From: Lacunisphaera sp. | Lineage (GTDB): Bacteria; Verrucomicrobiota; Verrucomicrobiia; Opitutales; Opitutaceae | Reading direction: 5' to 3' | Assembly: GCA_041909435.1 (NCBI GenBank) | Contig: JAYRDK010000013.1 | Span: 55-64,054 of the forward strand | Length of the DNA stretch: 64,000 bases | Shown here: piece by piece, positions 53,671 through 63,763 of the stretch | Position numbering within the stretch: the first letter of the stretch is position 1 | How the letters are laid out: each line of letters opens with the position of its first letter | Translations under genes and position numbers: made by a program | The notes under the pieces: generated by a model | Databases searched by the model: none | Seen by the model: only the letters and a program-made list of their open reading frames with translations | What the model was told of the DNA's origin: nothing

Positions 53671-54747
53671 TCAGCGTCCGGGCGTAAGGATGATCTCCGG
53701 AACGCCGAGTTGTGCGCTCCATTGGGCGAATTGGGCTGCGAGCCCGGGCTCGATGGGGATACCGTTCAGGGCGCGTTCCCTTTCGTTGGCGTAATGGTCG
53801 TCGCCGGGCGCTAGCACCGGGGCGGATGGGTTGGCGCTGGGTTGAACGCGCGCAGATTGGACCAGGTCGCGGGCGGAATCCGCAAAGGTAGGTCCACCGT
53901 GAAAGCGTTTAGGATCGATAGCGCCAATAAAGGACCCCAAGAATCGGCGTTGTGACAGATCGCCATACATGGCCGGGATGTTCGGGCCCCAAGGTGCGCC
54001 ATTCAGGGGGCCGCACAGCAGTTCTATCATCAGCGCAAGGGCATATCCCTTGTGGCCCGCCACCGGTTTCAGGCAGGCGACTTCGACCGGATCGCTGGTG
54101 GGTCGGCCTTCTGCGTCGTAGGCCAGCGCCGGATCGATCGGGCGTCCTTCGCGGCGCGCATTCATGATCTTGTTCCACGCCGCGGCACTGGTGGCCATGT
54201 CGAGGCAGATGGGCGGACCGTCCGCGCATGGCACGCTGATGCAGATCGGATTTGTGCCCAGGAATTTCCGGTAACCTCGGTCCGGGGCGACAAAGGCATC
54301 GGAATGCGTGAAAACGAGACCGATGAGGCCCGCTTCGGCGATGATGCGGCCGTAGAGGCCGATGGCGCCACAATGGGACGAATTGCGCACGCCGACGAAG
54401 CCTAGGCCGTTCTCCTTGGCGAGCGTGATGGCCTCCTGCGTGGCGCGTTCGCAAACAACGAGGCCCAGTCCATGATCGCCGTCCAGATTGCCGGTGCACG
54501 CCCCGGTTTGCTCGAACTGCATGTTCGGCTTTGGATTCAACGAGCCTGCGGCGAGACGCGACAGGTAGTGCGGCAAGCGGGCGATCCCATGGGAATCGAT
54601 GCCCCAAAGGCTGGTTTTCACAAGGCTGCGGGCGGTGAACGCGGCGTGTGTTTCGCTCAGGCCGGAGCGTTGCAGGCAAGCGGTGCCCCATTGATGAAGT
54701 GTGTCCGCAGTGGCGGTGGAAAAATTCATGGCTGCACTGGTGGTCAT
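53671..54747 (-). CDS. Ldh2 family (malate/L-lactate/ureidoglycolate/sulfolactate-type) NAD(P)-dependent dehydrogenase
   Basis: GIDSHG, NSSHCGA, GTNPI, LDMATS and GHKGYAL motifs; ATGA overlap with the cyclase gene. Confidence 0.9.
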   Translation of the reverse strand: MTTSAAMNFSTATADTLHQWGTACLQRSGLSETHAAFTARSLVKTSLWGIDSHGIARLPHYLSRLAAGSLNPKPNMQFEQTGACTGNLDGDHGLGLVVCERATQEAITLAKENGLGFVGVRNSSHCGAIGLYGRIIAEAGLIGLVFTHSDAFVAPDRGYRKFLGTNPICISVPCADGPPICLDMATSAAAWNKIMNARREGRPIDPALAYDAEGRPTSDPVEVACLKPVAGHKGYALALMIELLCGPLNGAPWGPNIPAMYGDLSQRRFLGSFIGAIDPKRFHGGPTFADSARDLVQSARVQPSANPSAPVLAPGDDHYANERERALNGIPIEPGLAAQFAQWSAQLGVPEIILTPGR

Positions 54748-55400
54748 AAGTCAGAACGACGGGTTGAACGGAGCAACGCCCGGCACCACCCACCGTCGAC
54801 TCCGATGAGATTGACCGGTGCAGCCAGCAGTTCGTAGGTTCCGGCCGGGATGTGGCGGAGCGTGATATTTTCGAGGATCAGCGTTTCCTTGCCGAGCAAC
54901 TCGAGATGGGCGGGGAAGGCGGGTTCGGTCGGAGGATCGATCGTCAGGTAATCCAAGCCCACAAGCAGGATGTTTCTCGCCGTGCACCAGCGGGCGGCCG
55001 AGAACGCAATGTAGATGAAATCGGGATTCCAAGGCTGTTTCCAATAGTCGGATTCACCGTTGCGTGTGCAAAACAGCAGACGTTTGGCGTGCGCGGGGAT
55101 CCTGGCAGCCTCGAGTGCCTCGGCATCGATGCAGCGCGTTAGGTGACGCAGATCGACTACCTCGCATTCACCGACCCAATGGTGCAGCGGCATTTCATGC
55201 AGGCGGCGGCCACTCTTGATGAAATGCCACGGGGCGTCCACATGGGTGCCATGATGCAATCCGCCGCGATAGAACCCGACGTTCGCGGGGTTGCCCTTTG
55301 CATGCGTCCAACCCGGCCAATGAAATTCGGGAGCCGGATCGCCCGGGAAGACCGTGGTGTCCGGACTGGTGGGGATGCTGATATCTAGATACTCGGGCAT
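54744..55400 (-). CDS. Cyclase family (KynB-like) metal hydrolase
   Basis: HHGTHVDAPWHF motif; GLDYLTID; HLELL; ILENI. Confidence 0.9.
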   Translation of the reverse strand: MPEYLDISIPTSPDTTVFPGDPAPEFHWPGWTHAKGNPANVGFYRGGLHHGTHVDAPWHFIKSGRRLHEMPLHHWVGECEVVDLRHLTRCIDAEALEAARIPAHAKRLLFCTRNGESDYWKQPWNPDFIYIAFSAARWCTARNILLVGLDYLTIDPPTEPAFPAHLELLGKETLILENITLRHIPAGTYELLAAPVNLIGVDGGWCRALLRSTRRSDL

Positions 55401-55431
55401 GAAGAGTGAGATTAAGGGCGGCTTGGCGCGG

Positions 55432-56214
55432 TCACTTCTCCCAGTATTTTGCTCCGGGCAGGGATCCATCCATCACGTATCCTCCGTCGATCGTCAGGTG
55501 CTGCCCGGTCATGTATCGTGATTCGTCGCTCGCGAGAAATAGGGCGCCGTTGGCAATCCACTCGGCCTGGGCGATTTCGCGCAGGGGCACCCGCTCGAAG
55601 AGAGCGCGCTTGACGGAGTCGGTGTACATCGGGGTGGTGAGTTCGGTGAACGTTGCGCCCGGCCTGATGTAGTTGGCGGTAATGCCGTGCGGGGCCGCCT
55701 CGGTGGCCACAGTACGGATGAACCCCTCAATGCCACCCTTCGCCGCCGTGTAGTGGCCGCAGTTCGGTTCGCTCAGGACGGCGTGGATGCTGGAAATGGC
55801 GATGATGCGGCCGGGTTGCCGGCCCTTGATCATCTCGCGCAGGGCACGTTGCGTGCAGAGGAAGACGCTCTTAAGGTTGGTGCGGATGAGCAAGTCCCAG
55901 TCGGATTCCGCCATGTCTACCACGGAGGATTGCCGGATGATGGCCGCGTTGTTGACGAGTATGTCCAGCCCGCCGAGGGCGGTGCAGGCCTGGTCGAAGG
56001 CCTGATTCACCTGAGTGGAGTCGCCCACATCGCACCGATATGCATGGGCGTGGCCGCCCGACTGGTTGATCTCTGTGACGACGGCCTGGGCGGCACGGTC
56101 ATTGATATCAAGGATGGCAACGGCGGCGCCTTCGCGTGCGAAGCGGATGGCGATGGCCTTGCCGATGCCGCTGCCGGCGCCCGTGACGATGGCTTTCTTG
56201 TTTTTGAGTCTCAT
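55432..56214 (-). CDS. SDR family NAD-dependent oxidoreductase (sugar dehydrogenase-like)
   Basis: TGAGSGIG, LDIN, NNAA, SSIH and YTAAK motifs. Confidence 0.92.
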   Translation of the reverse strand: MRLKNKKAIVTGAGSGIGKAIAIRFAREGAAVAILDINDRAAQAVVTEINQSGGHAHAYRCDVGDSTQVNQAFDQACTALGGLDILVNNAAIIRQSSVVDMAESDWDLLIRTNLKSVFLCTQRALREMIKGRQPGRIIAISSIHAVLSEPNCGHYTAAKGGIEGFIRTVATEAAPHGITANYIRPGATFTELTTPMYTDSVKRALFERVPLREIAQAEWIANGALFLASDESRYMTGQHLTIDGGYVMDGSLPGAKYWEK

Positions 56215-56319
56215 TGGGAGGGGTTTGGTAGGGCTAGAAAATCGCGAAGGTGATTCAATCGCGGCTTGGCGCGATATGGGGAACGAGCAGGGCGTAAGGG
56301 ATGTTGGAGTGCTTGAATA

Positions 56320-56333
56320 AACTGTCGACACTT
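56320..56333. promoter_or_regulatory. Operator-like palindrome, copy 2 (AACTGTCGACACTT)
   Basis: Divergent SDR/sigma intergenic region; the upstream context GAGTGCTyGAATAA also matches copy 1. Confidence 0.6.
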
Positions 56334-56392
56334 TAATTAAATCAATGTGCACTCTTTTCATTCCGTTCATGAAGAGTGCCAATGCCTCCTCC

Positions 56393-56932
56393 ATGCCGCA
56401 CGACCGAGCAAGATGGTTCGCGACACAGGTTCAACCTCACGAGTCCGCGGTGCGGGGGTATTTGCGCAGTTGTTTCCCGTCCGTCGACATCGACGACGTG
56501 GTGCAGGAGTCGTATCTAAAAATCTGGCGCTATCATGATACGGCCAGCATCGCGGCCATGAAAGCATATTTCTTTTCCACGGCCCGGAACACCGCGTTAA
56601 CCTGGATTCGTCGCCGGAAGATATATGCCGACACACCCGTATGCGATTTGCTGGTATCGGGGATCGAGGATGGCGGACCGGGAGTGCGGGAACTGATCAA
56701 CAAGAGCCAGCAATTCGAAATGGTGGTCGCGGCCATGGGCCGCCTGCCCGGGCGGTGCCGGGATATTGTCGCGCTGACTGCGATGGAGGGGCTTTCCAAT
56801 CGTGAAATTGCGGTCCGCCTCAACCTGGCCGAGAGCACCGTGCGGGTGCAAATGGCACGTGGTATTCGAAAAATGGCGGCGGCGATCCAGCTGCAGGGCG
56901 GCGACCGTAATCGCGTTGTAGGGATGCACTAG
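56393..56932 (+). CDS. ECF RNA polymerase sigma factor (start uncertain, 56345-56393)
   Basis: DDVVQESYLKIW region 2; LPGRCRDIV..GLSNREIAVRLNLAESTVRVQMARG region 4. Confidence 0.85.
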   Translation: MPHDRARWFATQVQPHESAVRGYLRSCFPSVDIDDVVQESYLKIWRYHDTASIAAMKAYFFSTARNTALTWIRRRKIYADTPVCDLLVSGIEDGGPGVRELINKSQQFEMVVAAMGRLPGRCRDIVALTAMEGLSNREIAVRLNLAESTVRVQMARGIRKMAAAIQLQGGDRNRVVGMH

Positions 56933-57003
56933 ACATAGGCGACACCTCCCGAGTGTGGAGTGGCGCCAGGCCGGAATCGTCAACGCTGAGTGCCTGGTCC
57001 GCT

Positions 57004-58428
57004 TTATCGTTCGATGGCGCCGCCTTCGAATTCGACTACATAAACGACGCCCATGTCATCGTTGATCCAGCGTTCGGGATAGAAATAGCGCCGGCCGTCC
57101 GCGGCGGTCTTCACTTCATAAGGTGTGCGCTTTGCATCTTTCAGGGCGTAGACCGCGGTGATCTTGTTTTTGAAGTTGGGCAGCATGAAAAGATCGCCAC
57201 GGCTGTCGCGCTCGACGTGGAACAGCGTGAAATATAGTTTTCCCGGTTTCGAGGTGCAGCGCCAGTTGTGGAAGGAAAGGAAGACCGGTTTGCCCGCCTT
57301 GTCGGTCATCTTGGTCGAGTGGTCGCCGAATTCCTCGCCGAAGGGGGACCGGCCGGCGCCGTAGATCGCCTCGTGGTTGGCCTTGAGCCAGCGGCCGATC
57401 TCCCGGAGGTTGTCCTGGCTGGGCTGCGGAATGACGCCTTCGGCCGTAGGGCCTACGTTGAGCAGGTAGTTGCCGCCCTTGGAGACAATGTCGACGAGCT
57501 TGAAGATCAGCTCCCCGGGCGACTTCCAGTTGTGGTCATCGGTGCGGTAACCCCAGGTTTGGTTGAGGGTGGCCGGCACTTCCCAGGCGTCATCGGAGGC
57601 CGTCGGCGGGATCGCATTATCGCTGGTGCTGCGGTAGTCACCAACGTCGCCGAGGCGGCCGTCGATCAACGTGGCCGGTTGGAGCGTACGCACGATGTCG
57701 GTGAGGCGTTTCGGGCGATCGCCGGTCATCATCTGGGGTGTATCGAACCAGATGAGGCACATCTGGCCATAGTTGGTGAGCAATTCGCGCAATTGCGGTT
57801 CCACTTTTCCGCGAAGATAGGTGTCATAGCTGCCGTCCTTGTCCTTGACGGCGTTTTCCGGGAAATCCCAGTTGTTACCCGTGCCGCCGCGTTCGGCCCA
57901 GTCCTGCGACTGCGAATAATACACGCCAAAGCGCAGGCCGCGTTTGGCGCAGGCGGCGGCGAGTTCCTTGATGATGTCACGCTTGAAGGGAGTGGCATCG
58001 ACCACGTTATAGGGACTGGCCTCAGACTTGAAGAGGGCGAAACCGTCGTGGTGCTTCGAGGTGATGACGACGTACTTCATACCGGCGTCCTGAGCTAGCT
58101 GGGCCCAGGCATCGGCGTCAAATTTCACGGGGTTGAACTGCTTCGCGAGTTGGGAGTATTCGGCCACGGGGATCCGCTTGTGAAACATGATCCACTCACC
58201 GATGGTGGGGGAGCGCTCGCCCTTCCAATAGCCGGCGGGGACGGAATAGAGGCCCCAGTGAATGAAGAGGCCGAATTTGTCGTGCCGGAACCATTCAAGG
58301 CGTTTTTCCTTGGCTTCCCGGCTTTCGGGATCGACCGGGACGGAGTGATCCGCGGCATGGAGGGATGCTCCGTTAACCGAGAGACAGAAGGAGGTGAGGA
58401 ACAGCAAACAGAGACGTTGGGTATTCAT
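57004..58428 (-). CDS. Alpha-L-fucosidase, GH29
   Basis: WFRHDKFGLFIHWG, TSKHHDGF, IWFD nucleophile, WEVPATL and LLNVGP motifs; signal peptide. Confidence 0.92.
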   Translation of the reverse strand: MNTQRLCLLFLTSFCLSVNGASLHAADHSVPVDPESREAKEKRLEWFRHDKFGLFIHWGLYSVPAGYWKGERSPTIGEWIMFHKRIPVAEYSQLAKQFNPVKFDADAWAQLAQDAGMKYVVITSKHHDGFALFKSEASPYNVVDATPFKRDIIKELAAACAKRGLRFGVYYSQSQDWAERGGTGNNWDFPENAVKDKDGSYDTYLRGKVEPQLRELLTNYGQMCLIWFDTPQMMTGDRPKRLTDIVRTLQPATLIDGRLGDVGDYRSTSDNAIPPTASDDAWEVPATLNQTWGYRTDDHNWKSPGELIFKLVDIVSKGGNYLLNVGPTAEGVIPQPSQDNLREIGRWLKANHEAIYGAGRSPFGEEFGDHSTKMTDKAGKPVFLSFHNWRCTSKPGKLYFTLFHVERDSRGDLFMLPNFKNKITAVYALKDAKRTPYEVKTAADGRRYFYPERWINDDMGVVYVVEFEGGAIER

Positions 58429-58484
58429 GGATGGAAAGAAGGTGCGCTCGGAAGGCGACGAGCCCCGGGCGGCGATGCGGATGA

Positions 58485-60713
58485 TCAATTGATTTCGATG
58501 AGCGAGTGGCCGTAGCCCGGAATAGAGACTTCCAGTTCGTACTCGCCGGTGTTGCCGACCACGTTTGCACCAACCACGCGGTAATCCGAACGAGCGGCCA
58601 GTCCGAAGCGGGTGGGATTGAATCGGATCCGCCGCACGACCGGCTGGTCGGTCAGGTTGAAGCAGTTGACGACTGCGGCGGAAAGAGAGGGGTGGCGGTG
58701 AACATGCGTGAGCTCGTCGATGCCATAGAACGTCCCGGCGGTGAAAAACGGCTTAAGCCGGAGGTAGGCGGTCATGGCCTGGCGGTGCGCCTCGCGCACA
58801 ACGGGATCCGTCGGAGTGCCGCCGATGCCGAGATGACGCACGGTGGACGCGTTCCACCAGAACATCAGTCCCTGTTTGGTATCGCTGCGAAGATCGATGT
58901 GGAGATAGAGGGGGATCGAGTAGGCCAGGTTGTAGTAGTAGAGTGCGATGCTGTGCCCGCCGACAAGATCGCGCATGGGATTCCACATCAGTTCGAAGCC
59001 CCAGACGCTGTCGTATCCCCCGTTGCCGTAACCGTAGTAGATGGGCACGTAACGCAGGCGCGATCCTCCGGTAATCTGGTCGTGCATTTCGATTTGTACC
59101 TCGGGATAGCGGGCATGCACGCGGCGAGCCATGCGGTTCAAGGCCGCAGCATGTTCCTCGCGTCGCGCAGGAATCCGGTGTCCATGCGCCGGGTCGTGGC
59201 ATTCGTTGGAGTACATGGTTCCATCGAACATCACGAAGGCAGCCCCGTCGCGCGCAAGTTCGAGGAGACGGCGAACCGTTTCGTCCTCATACTGGCGGGA
59301 TGCGCCGCACAACGAGCCCTTGACCCGCTTGCCCTCGCCGTCCAGCCGCAGCGTTTCTTCTGAATAGGAGGAAGGGTTGCCCCAACCACTCATGGGGACG
59401 TGAAGCGAGAGGCGCAGGCCATAGTCGTTCTTCAACATGGTGGCAAAATCCGCCATGGGGCCGAGGCGGGTGTGGTCCCAGATCTTCGAACCGAAATTCG
59501 TGTCCCAGCCGGGATCGAGATAAAGAGCCTCGCATCCCATGGCGCGGGCTTTTTCAGCCTCTTGTTTCATATCGGCCAAGGAATAGTATTTGGCTCGGTT
59601 TTCGGGTAGATCCTGCTTGGCCAGTCCCAGTCCCCACAGCTTGTTGTCGTAGAGCTCATTCCAGTGAACCGGCGGGTTATAACCCGCGGGGGAACCCATG
59701 CCGCGGCTCTCTCGTTCGTTGCGGAAGGTGTAGAAAGCTTCGGTCTGCCCGCCTTGGAAAGCGGTTAGGCGGGTGATGCCGAAACGGTGGCTCGCTCCCG
59801 GAGCGAGCCAGGCGCCAGCCTCGGGATCGGATCCGCGAAAGGCGAATCCCCCCCAGCACAATCCGAGTTCGCCTGCGGCAAGCGGCACGCGATCGAGGAC
59901 GGACCACTCCATGCCTTCCTGGCTGTACTTTGAGATCACGAAACCGGACCGCCCGTTTTCCAGGCTCCAGCCTTCGGAGGCATATTCAGGGAAGATCGTC
60001 TCAGTGCTTCCTTCCGCGTGGGCGCTCATCATCCATACCGAACCATGGTTCATGTACCGCTCGGTTGAGTGCAGCTTGGAGGCACGGGGGACCGTGAGGA
60101 TGTCCGCAAGCGAGTATTCGGCCCTCTGCTGATTGCCGCCCATCGGTTCGCGAACAAACGGGATGGCGGAAAAACGATATCCGGCCAGCGGACCGACGGG
60201 ATGCGCGCCGTTCATCTTGACGGGCAGCACGAATCCGGCCCGGTTATGCGGCAGGGCGACCGTGTAGGGATTTGGGTTTTTGAGTGAGATCTCCTCTTCG
60301 AGCCAGGGTTGTCCTTCGGGAAGCCGGATTTCCTGCACGAACTGCAGGCCGCCACGCAGGTGTCCGGTGATGCGGATTCCTCCGGACAGTCGCGTCACTT
60401 CAGGAGAGCCGATGACCGCAAAGGGATAAAGGTAGGACCCCGCGGCCAGTTTTGTCTGGGACGGAAGGTGGATGATTGTGCACTGTAGATCCCCATCCCG
60501 AGGTTCGACCTCCAATTGAAACTCCTGATTTCGAATCGTTGCCATCACGCCCGTTGCCGCGAGAAAGGGAAGCGTAAGCGCCGCTAGCATTCGCCGGAAG
60601 CGCGTTGAGTGTACGGCCGCCTGCCGGTTCAATCGGCGAAGCGGGTTTTGCAGCGGCGGAGGCATCGAGAAAAAATCGGGATTCATGGATGAAAAAATCC
60701 AGTCGATAGCCAC
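58485..60713 (-). CDS. Putative glycoside hydrolase with GH36/clan-D-like TIM barrel (start uncertain)
   Basis: PPVHWNE, EALYLDPGWD and AFVMFDG resemble GH36 xNxW / xxDDGW / xKxD motifs; N-terminal beta domain; signal-like segment. Confidence 0.55.
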   Translation of the reverse strand: MAIDWIFSSMNPDFFSMPPPLQNPLRRLNRQAAVHSTRFRRMLAALTLPFLAATGVMATIRNQEFQLEVEPRDGDLQCTIIHLPSQTKLAAGSYLYPFAVIGSPEVTRLSGGIRITGHLRGGLQFVQEIRLPEGQPWLEEEISLKNPNPYTVALPHNRAGFVLPVKMNGAHPVGPLAGYRFSAIPFVREPMGGNQQRAEYSLADILTVPRASKLHSTERYMNHGSVWMMSAHAEGSTETIFPEYASEGWSLENGRSGFVISKYSQEGMEWSVLDRVPLAAGELGLCWGGFAFRGSDPEAGAWLAPGASHRFGITRLTAFQGGQTEAFYTFRNERESRGMGSPAGYNPPVHWNELYDNKLWGLGLAKQDLPENRAKYYSLADMKQEAEKARAMGCEALYLDPGWDTNFGSKIWDHTRLGPMADFATMLKNDYGLRLSLHVPMSGWGNPSSYSEETLRLDGEGKRVKGSLCGASRQYEDETVRRLLELARDGAAFVMFDGTMYSNECHDPAHGHRIPARREEHAAALNRMARRVHARYPEVQIEMHDQITGGSRLRYVPIYYGYGNGGYDSVWGFELMWNPMRDLVGGHSIALYYYNLAYSIPLYLHIDLRSDTKQGLMFWWNASTVRHLGIGGTPTDPVVREAHRQAMTAYLRLKPFFTAGTFYGIDELTHVHRHPSLSAAVVNCFNLTDQPVVRRIRFNPTRFGLAARSDYRVVGANVVGNTGEYELEVSIPGYGHSLIEIN

Positions 60714-60812
60714 GGGATAGGGCGGCTACGAAGGCTAGACTAGTTGAGGGTCACGGCCGTTTACGTTGTCGGGTATTTTCGTGGCGGTTGGATGAAAAAA
60801 TGTGGTATGGCT

Positions 60813-62189
60813 TTAGAGCCGTTTCAGGATGCCGTAGGGCAAGGCCACCGAAACCATGTACACCGCATTTTGCCGCTCGGCCGCGCTCCGGCCATGAACC
60901 TCCCAAGGCGCGCCATGACCCGGGCCTAGCCGAAAGTCTTCGCGGCGCAGGTGCGCGATCATCTCCGCAAAGAGCTGTAACGCCAGCGAGCGGTCATTTT
61001 CCCAAAGCGCTTCGATCAGCCATCCGGAGGCCGTGTGCCAATAGCCGCCATTTTGATAGGCATTCAGGCGCCATGGGCAGCGTTCCCATGCGGTGGTGGG
61101 ACTGAAATCCATGTCGGTGGGAACCTGGCGAACGCCACCTTCGTGCGTGATGGTGCCGTGGCGCACGGCATCCGCGATGGTGTGACGCGCGGCCGCCGCC
61201 GGCGCCTGATCCAGGACTCCAAGATGCAGGGCGAAGAGCGTGCCCCACACGTCGGGTTCGCGGCTGATCCCGGTCGAGGCGCGAAGCCACCCGCCGATGG
61301 CCGGCGGGTCGGAAAAACTCGGGACTATATTTTCACGGATGACTTGCTGGATGCGGAGGTAGGCTTCCGCGCGCGCCTCATGGCCGGTGGCGCGGGCCAG
61401 TTCCGCCATCTCGCCGGCCGCGCGATAACGGAGCAGGGAGGCAAAAAGCAGTTTCCCCGTCTGCGTGACGCCATCGCAGAAACCGAAGCCCACAGCCCGA
61501 TCCATTTCCGTCGTTTCGGCCAGACCGGTGCCGGCCTCGACGGTGGGACTGGCAAAAGCGTGCTCCAGGCGGGCGTACACGCTGACCCCGGCAATCTCCG
61601 ATTTAAGCAGAAGCGGATCGCGTACAGTTTTCCAATGGACGTACGCGATATGAATCAATTCATAGTGATCGTCGATCGGTGGCACACGGCCGAACTTGCC
61701 GTTGCCCTGATCCTCTCCCGTGGCATAGGTCCCGGGATAGAACGTAGGACGACCATCGTAGTTGATATGATCGGGAACGGCCCACGGTGGCAGGTACAAG
61801 CCATGCGCGAGCTTTCGCTCCGACGGTCCGTTCTGCGCGCGACAGGCCAGCAGCAGATGATCGCGGATTTCATCTGGTCCGATCAGCCCGGAATCGAGCG
61901 CCATGGAAAAATCGCGAATCCAGTATGCCGGATAGGTATCCTTGCCCGGGGTGATCAGCGCAAACCCGGTGGAGTTGGCCATCTTTGCTTTTCCTCCACC
62001 TCCCGAGCCCGGCGGCACTCGCGACGCCCCGATCACATCCCGCGCCATGTCGCGCAGGAAAGCCATGTCGGCGGGTGGCAGCGTTCCGGCAGAGAGCGAA
62101 AAGGGAAGCGCTGTGAAGGCGAGAGTGGTGGCGAAGCGACGCAGAAGCATGGGCAGATGGAGGCAGGCGAAATGATTCTGGGAGCTCAT
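60813..62189 (-). CDS. Putative six-hairpin (alpha/alpha)6 glycosidase
   Basis: YPAYWIRDF motif; YQNGGYW; C-terminal PWE; signal peptide. Confidence 0.6.
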   Translation of the reverse strand: MSSQNHFACLHLPMLLRRFATTLAFTALPFSLSAGTLPPADMAFLRDMARDVIGASRVPPGSGGGGKAKMANSTGFALITPGKDTYPAYWIRDFSMALDSGLIGPDEIRDHLLLACRAQNGPSERKLAHGLYLPPWAVPDHINYDGRPTFYPGTYATGEDQGNGKFGRVPPIDDHYELIHIAYVHWKTVRDPLLLKSEIAGVSVYARLEHAFASPTVEAGTGLAETTEMDRAVGFGFCDGVTQTGKLLFASLLRYRAAGEMAELARATGHEARAEAYLRIQQVIRENIVPSFSDPPAIGGWLRASTGISREPDVWGTLFALHLGVLDQAPAAAARHTIADAVRHGTITHEGGVRQVPTDMDFSPTTAWERCPWRLNAYQNGGYWHTASGWLIEALWENDRSLALQLFAEMIAHLRREDFRLGPGHGAPWEVHGRSAAERQNAVYMVSVALPYGILKRL

Positions 62190-63763
62190 GGCGAAATTGC
62201 GTCATCGGCAGGCTCGCGGGTTCGTGGATCCTCCCCGCGAACTGCATTGAGCGCGGCGCGAAGTTCCTTCGCTATCTCGGGATGCTCTCTGCGCAGGTTC
62301 GATTTTTCCCCGGGGTCTGCAGCCAAATCGTAGATTTCCTCGGGCATGCTTTGGACGGTTCTGCCCGGTTGGGGCGCCGGGAGGCCTTCAATCCATTTCC
62401 AACGACCTTTCACCACGGCGAAGGTGCCGTTTCCGCTGTGCAGGATCAGCGTCTCGCGGCCTGGCCGGGCCGCGGGCTTTGCCAGGAGGGCCGGCAAAAA
62501 GCTGATACTGTCTTCTCCAACCGCGGGTGTCTCATGTGAAGGGCCGTGTACAAGTTCCGCGATTGTTGCCATGAGGTCGACCAGGCTGATGCGTTCTTGT
62601 GATTCGACGGCCGCGGGAATCCGGTCGGGCCAGAGGGCGACGAAAGGCACGCGGAAGCCGCCTTCGTGGATGCCGCCTTTCTTGCCGCGGAACTGACCGT
62701 TGGGGCTGAGGCCGTGTTGTTGTGCATCCCACACCACGTCGAGGAGGGGAGTATAGGGTGGCGGAGCCTTGGTAGGGCTCTCCACTCGCACGGCGCCATT
62801 GTCGCTGGTGAAGATCACCAGGGTGTTCCGGTCGAAGCCCGATCGTTTCAGCGCATCCAGGATGCGCCCCACGGAGAGATCCAGGTCCTGCACCCAATCG
62901 CCGTAAAGGCCGGCGCCGCTGCCCCGGGCGGCTTGGCCGGGAGTGACAGGCTCGTGGATCGCTGCCGTCGCGAAGTAGAGGAAGAATGGCTTTGCAGGTG
63001 ACTGCTGCCCAATCCAGTCAACGGCATGGTCGGTCAGGACCGCCTGGGCCGTCCAATCGTCGCGTTGCGGGGCATCGAAGCCCATGAACCTCGCGCCATA
63101 GTAGCTCGGTTTGGGATATTCCACGTGGTTTGCGGATCGCAATCCCCAGACGGTTTCATTTTCCGCATAGATTCCCCAGGGTTCGCCGTGATTCTGGGGA
63201 AGCCCAAAGTAGTAGTCGAATCCGAGCTGCCGCGGGCCGGGCGACAGCGGCGAAGCCAGGTCGTGGGAATCGCGGACGGTCGTTCCGAATCCAAGATGCC
63301 ACTTCCCGATGATACCGGTCGCGTAGCCGGTTCGCCGGAGCAGGGAAGCCAGCGTCGGGCGCGTGGGCTCGATGAGCAATGGGTCCAGTGGCGCCACCAG
63401 TCCGCTCTTAAGGGAGGAGCGCCAGCAATACCGCCCGGTCAGCATCCCATAGCGCGTCGGCGTGCAGAGGGAACTAGGGGTGTAGGCCTGTGTGAAACGG
63501 ATGCCTTCGCGAGCCAGACGATCAATGTTGGGCGTTCGCACCAGGCGGGTTGGCGCGCCATAGCAGTTGAGCGCACCCACGCCGAGATCGTCGGCGAGAA
63601 TAACCACAATATTGGGCTGAGACGATTCGGCTGCAAAGCCAGCCGCGGGCACGGAGAGAAAAGCTAGAGTGGGCCAGGACAGGAGCAAATGGACGGTTCT
63701 GGTGAGCCGAAGGGACGGCGAGGTGAGAGCGCGGAGAAGGGGACAACTTGACGGGAGGCTCAT
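62186..63763 (-). CDS. Arylsulfatase (FGly-dependent, Cys type)
   Basis: ILADDLG, CTPTR, GKWHLG and FTSDNG motifs all intact; ATGA overlap with the downstream glycosidase. Confidence 0.93.
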   Translation of the reverse strand: MSLPSSCPLLRALTSPSLRLTRTVHLLLSWPTLAFLSVPAAGFAAESSQPNIVVILADDLGVGALNCYGAPTRLVRTPNIDRLAREGIRFTQAYTPSSLCTPTRYGMLTGRYCWRSSLKSGLVAPLDPLLIEPTRPTLASLLRRTGYATGIIGKWHLGFGTTVRDSHDLASPLSPGPRQLGFDYYFGLPQNHGEPWGIYAENETVWGLRSANHVEYPKPSYYGARFMGFDAPQRDDWTAQAVLTDHAVDWIGQQSPAKPFFLYFATAAIHEPVTPGQAARGSGAGLYGDWVQDLDLSVGRILDALKRSGFDRNTLVIFTSDNGAVRVESPTKAPPPYTPLLDVVWDAQQHGLSPNGQFRGKKGGIHEGGFRVPFVALWPDRIPAAVESQERISLVDLMATIAELVHGPSHETPAVGEDSISFLPALLAKPAARPGRETLILHSGNGTFAVVKGRWKWIEGLPAPQPGRTVQSMPEEIYDLAADPGEKSNLRREHPEIAKELRAALNAVRGEDPRTREPADDAISP

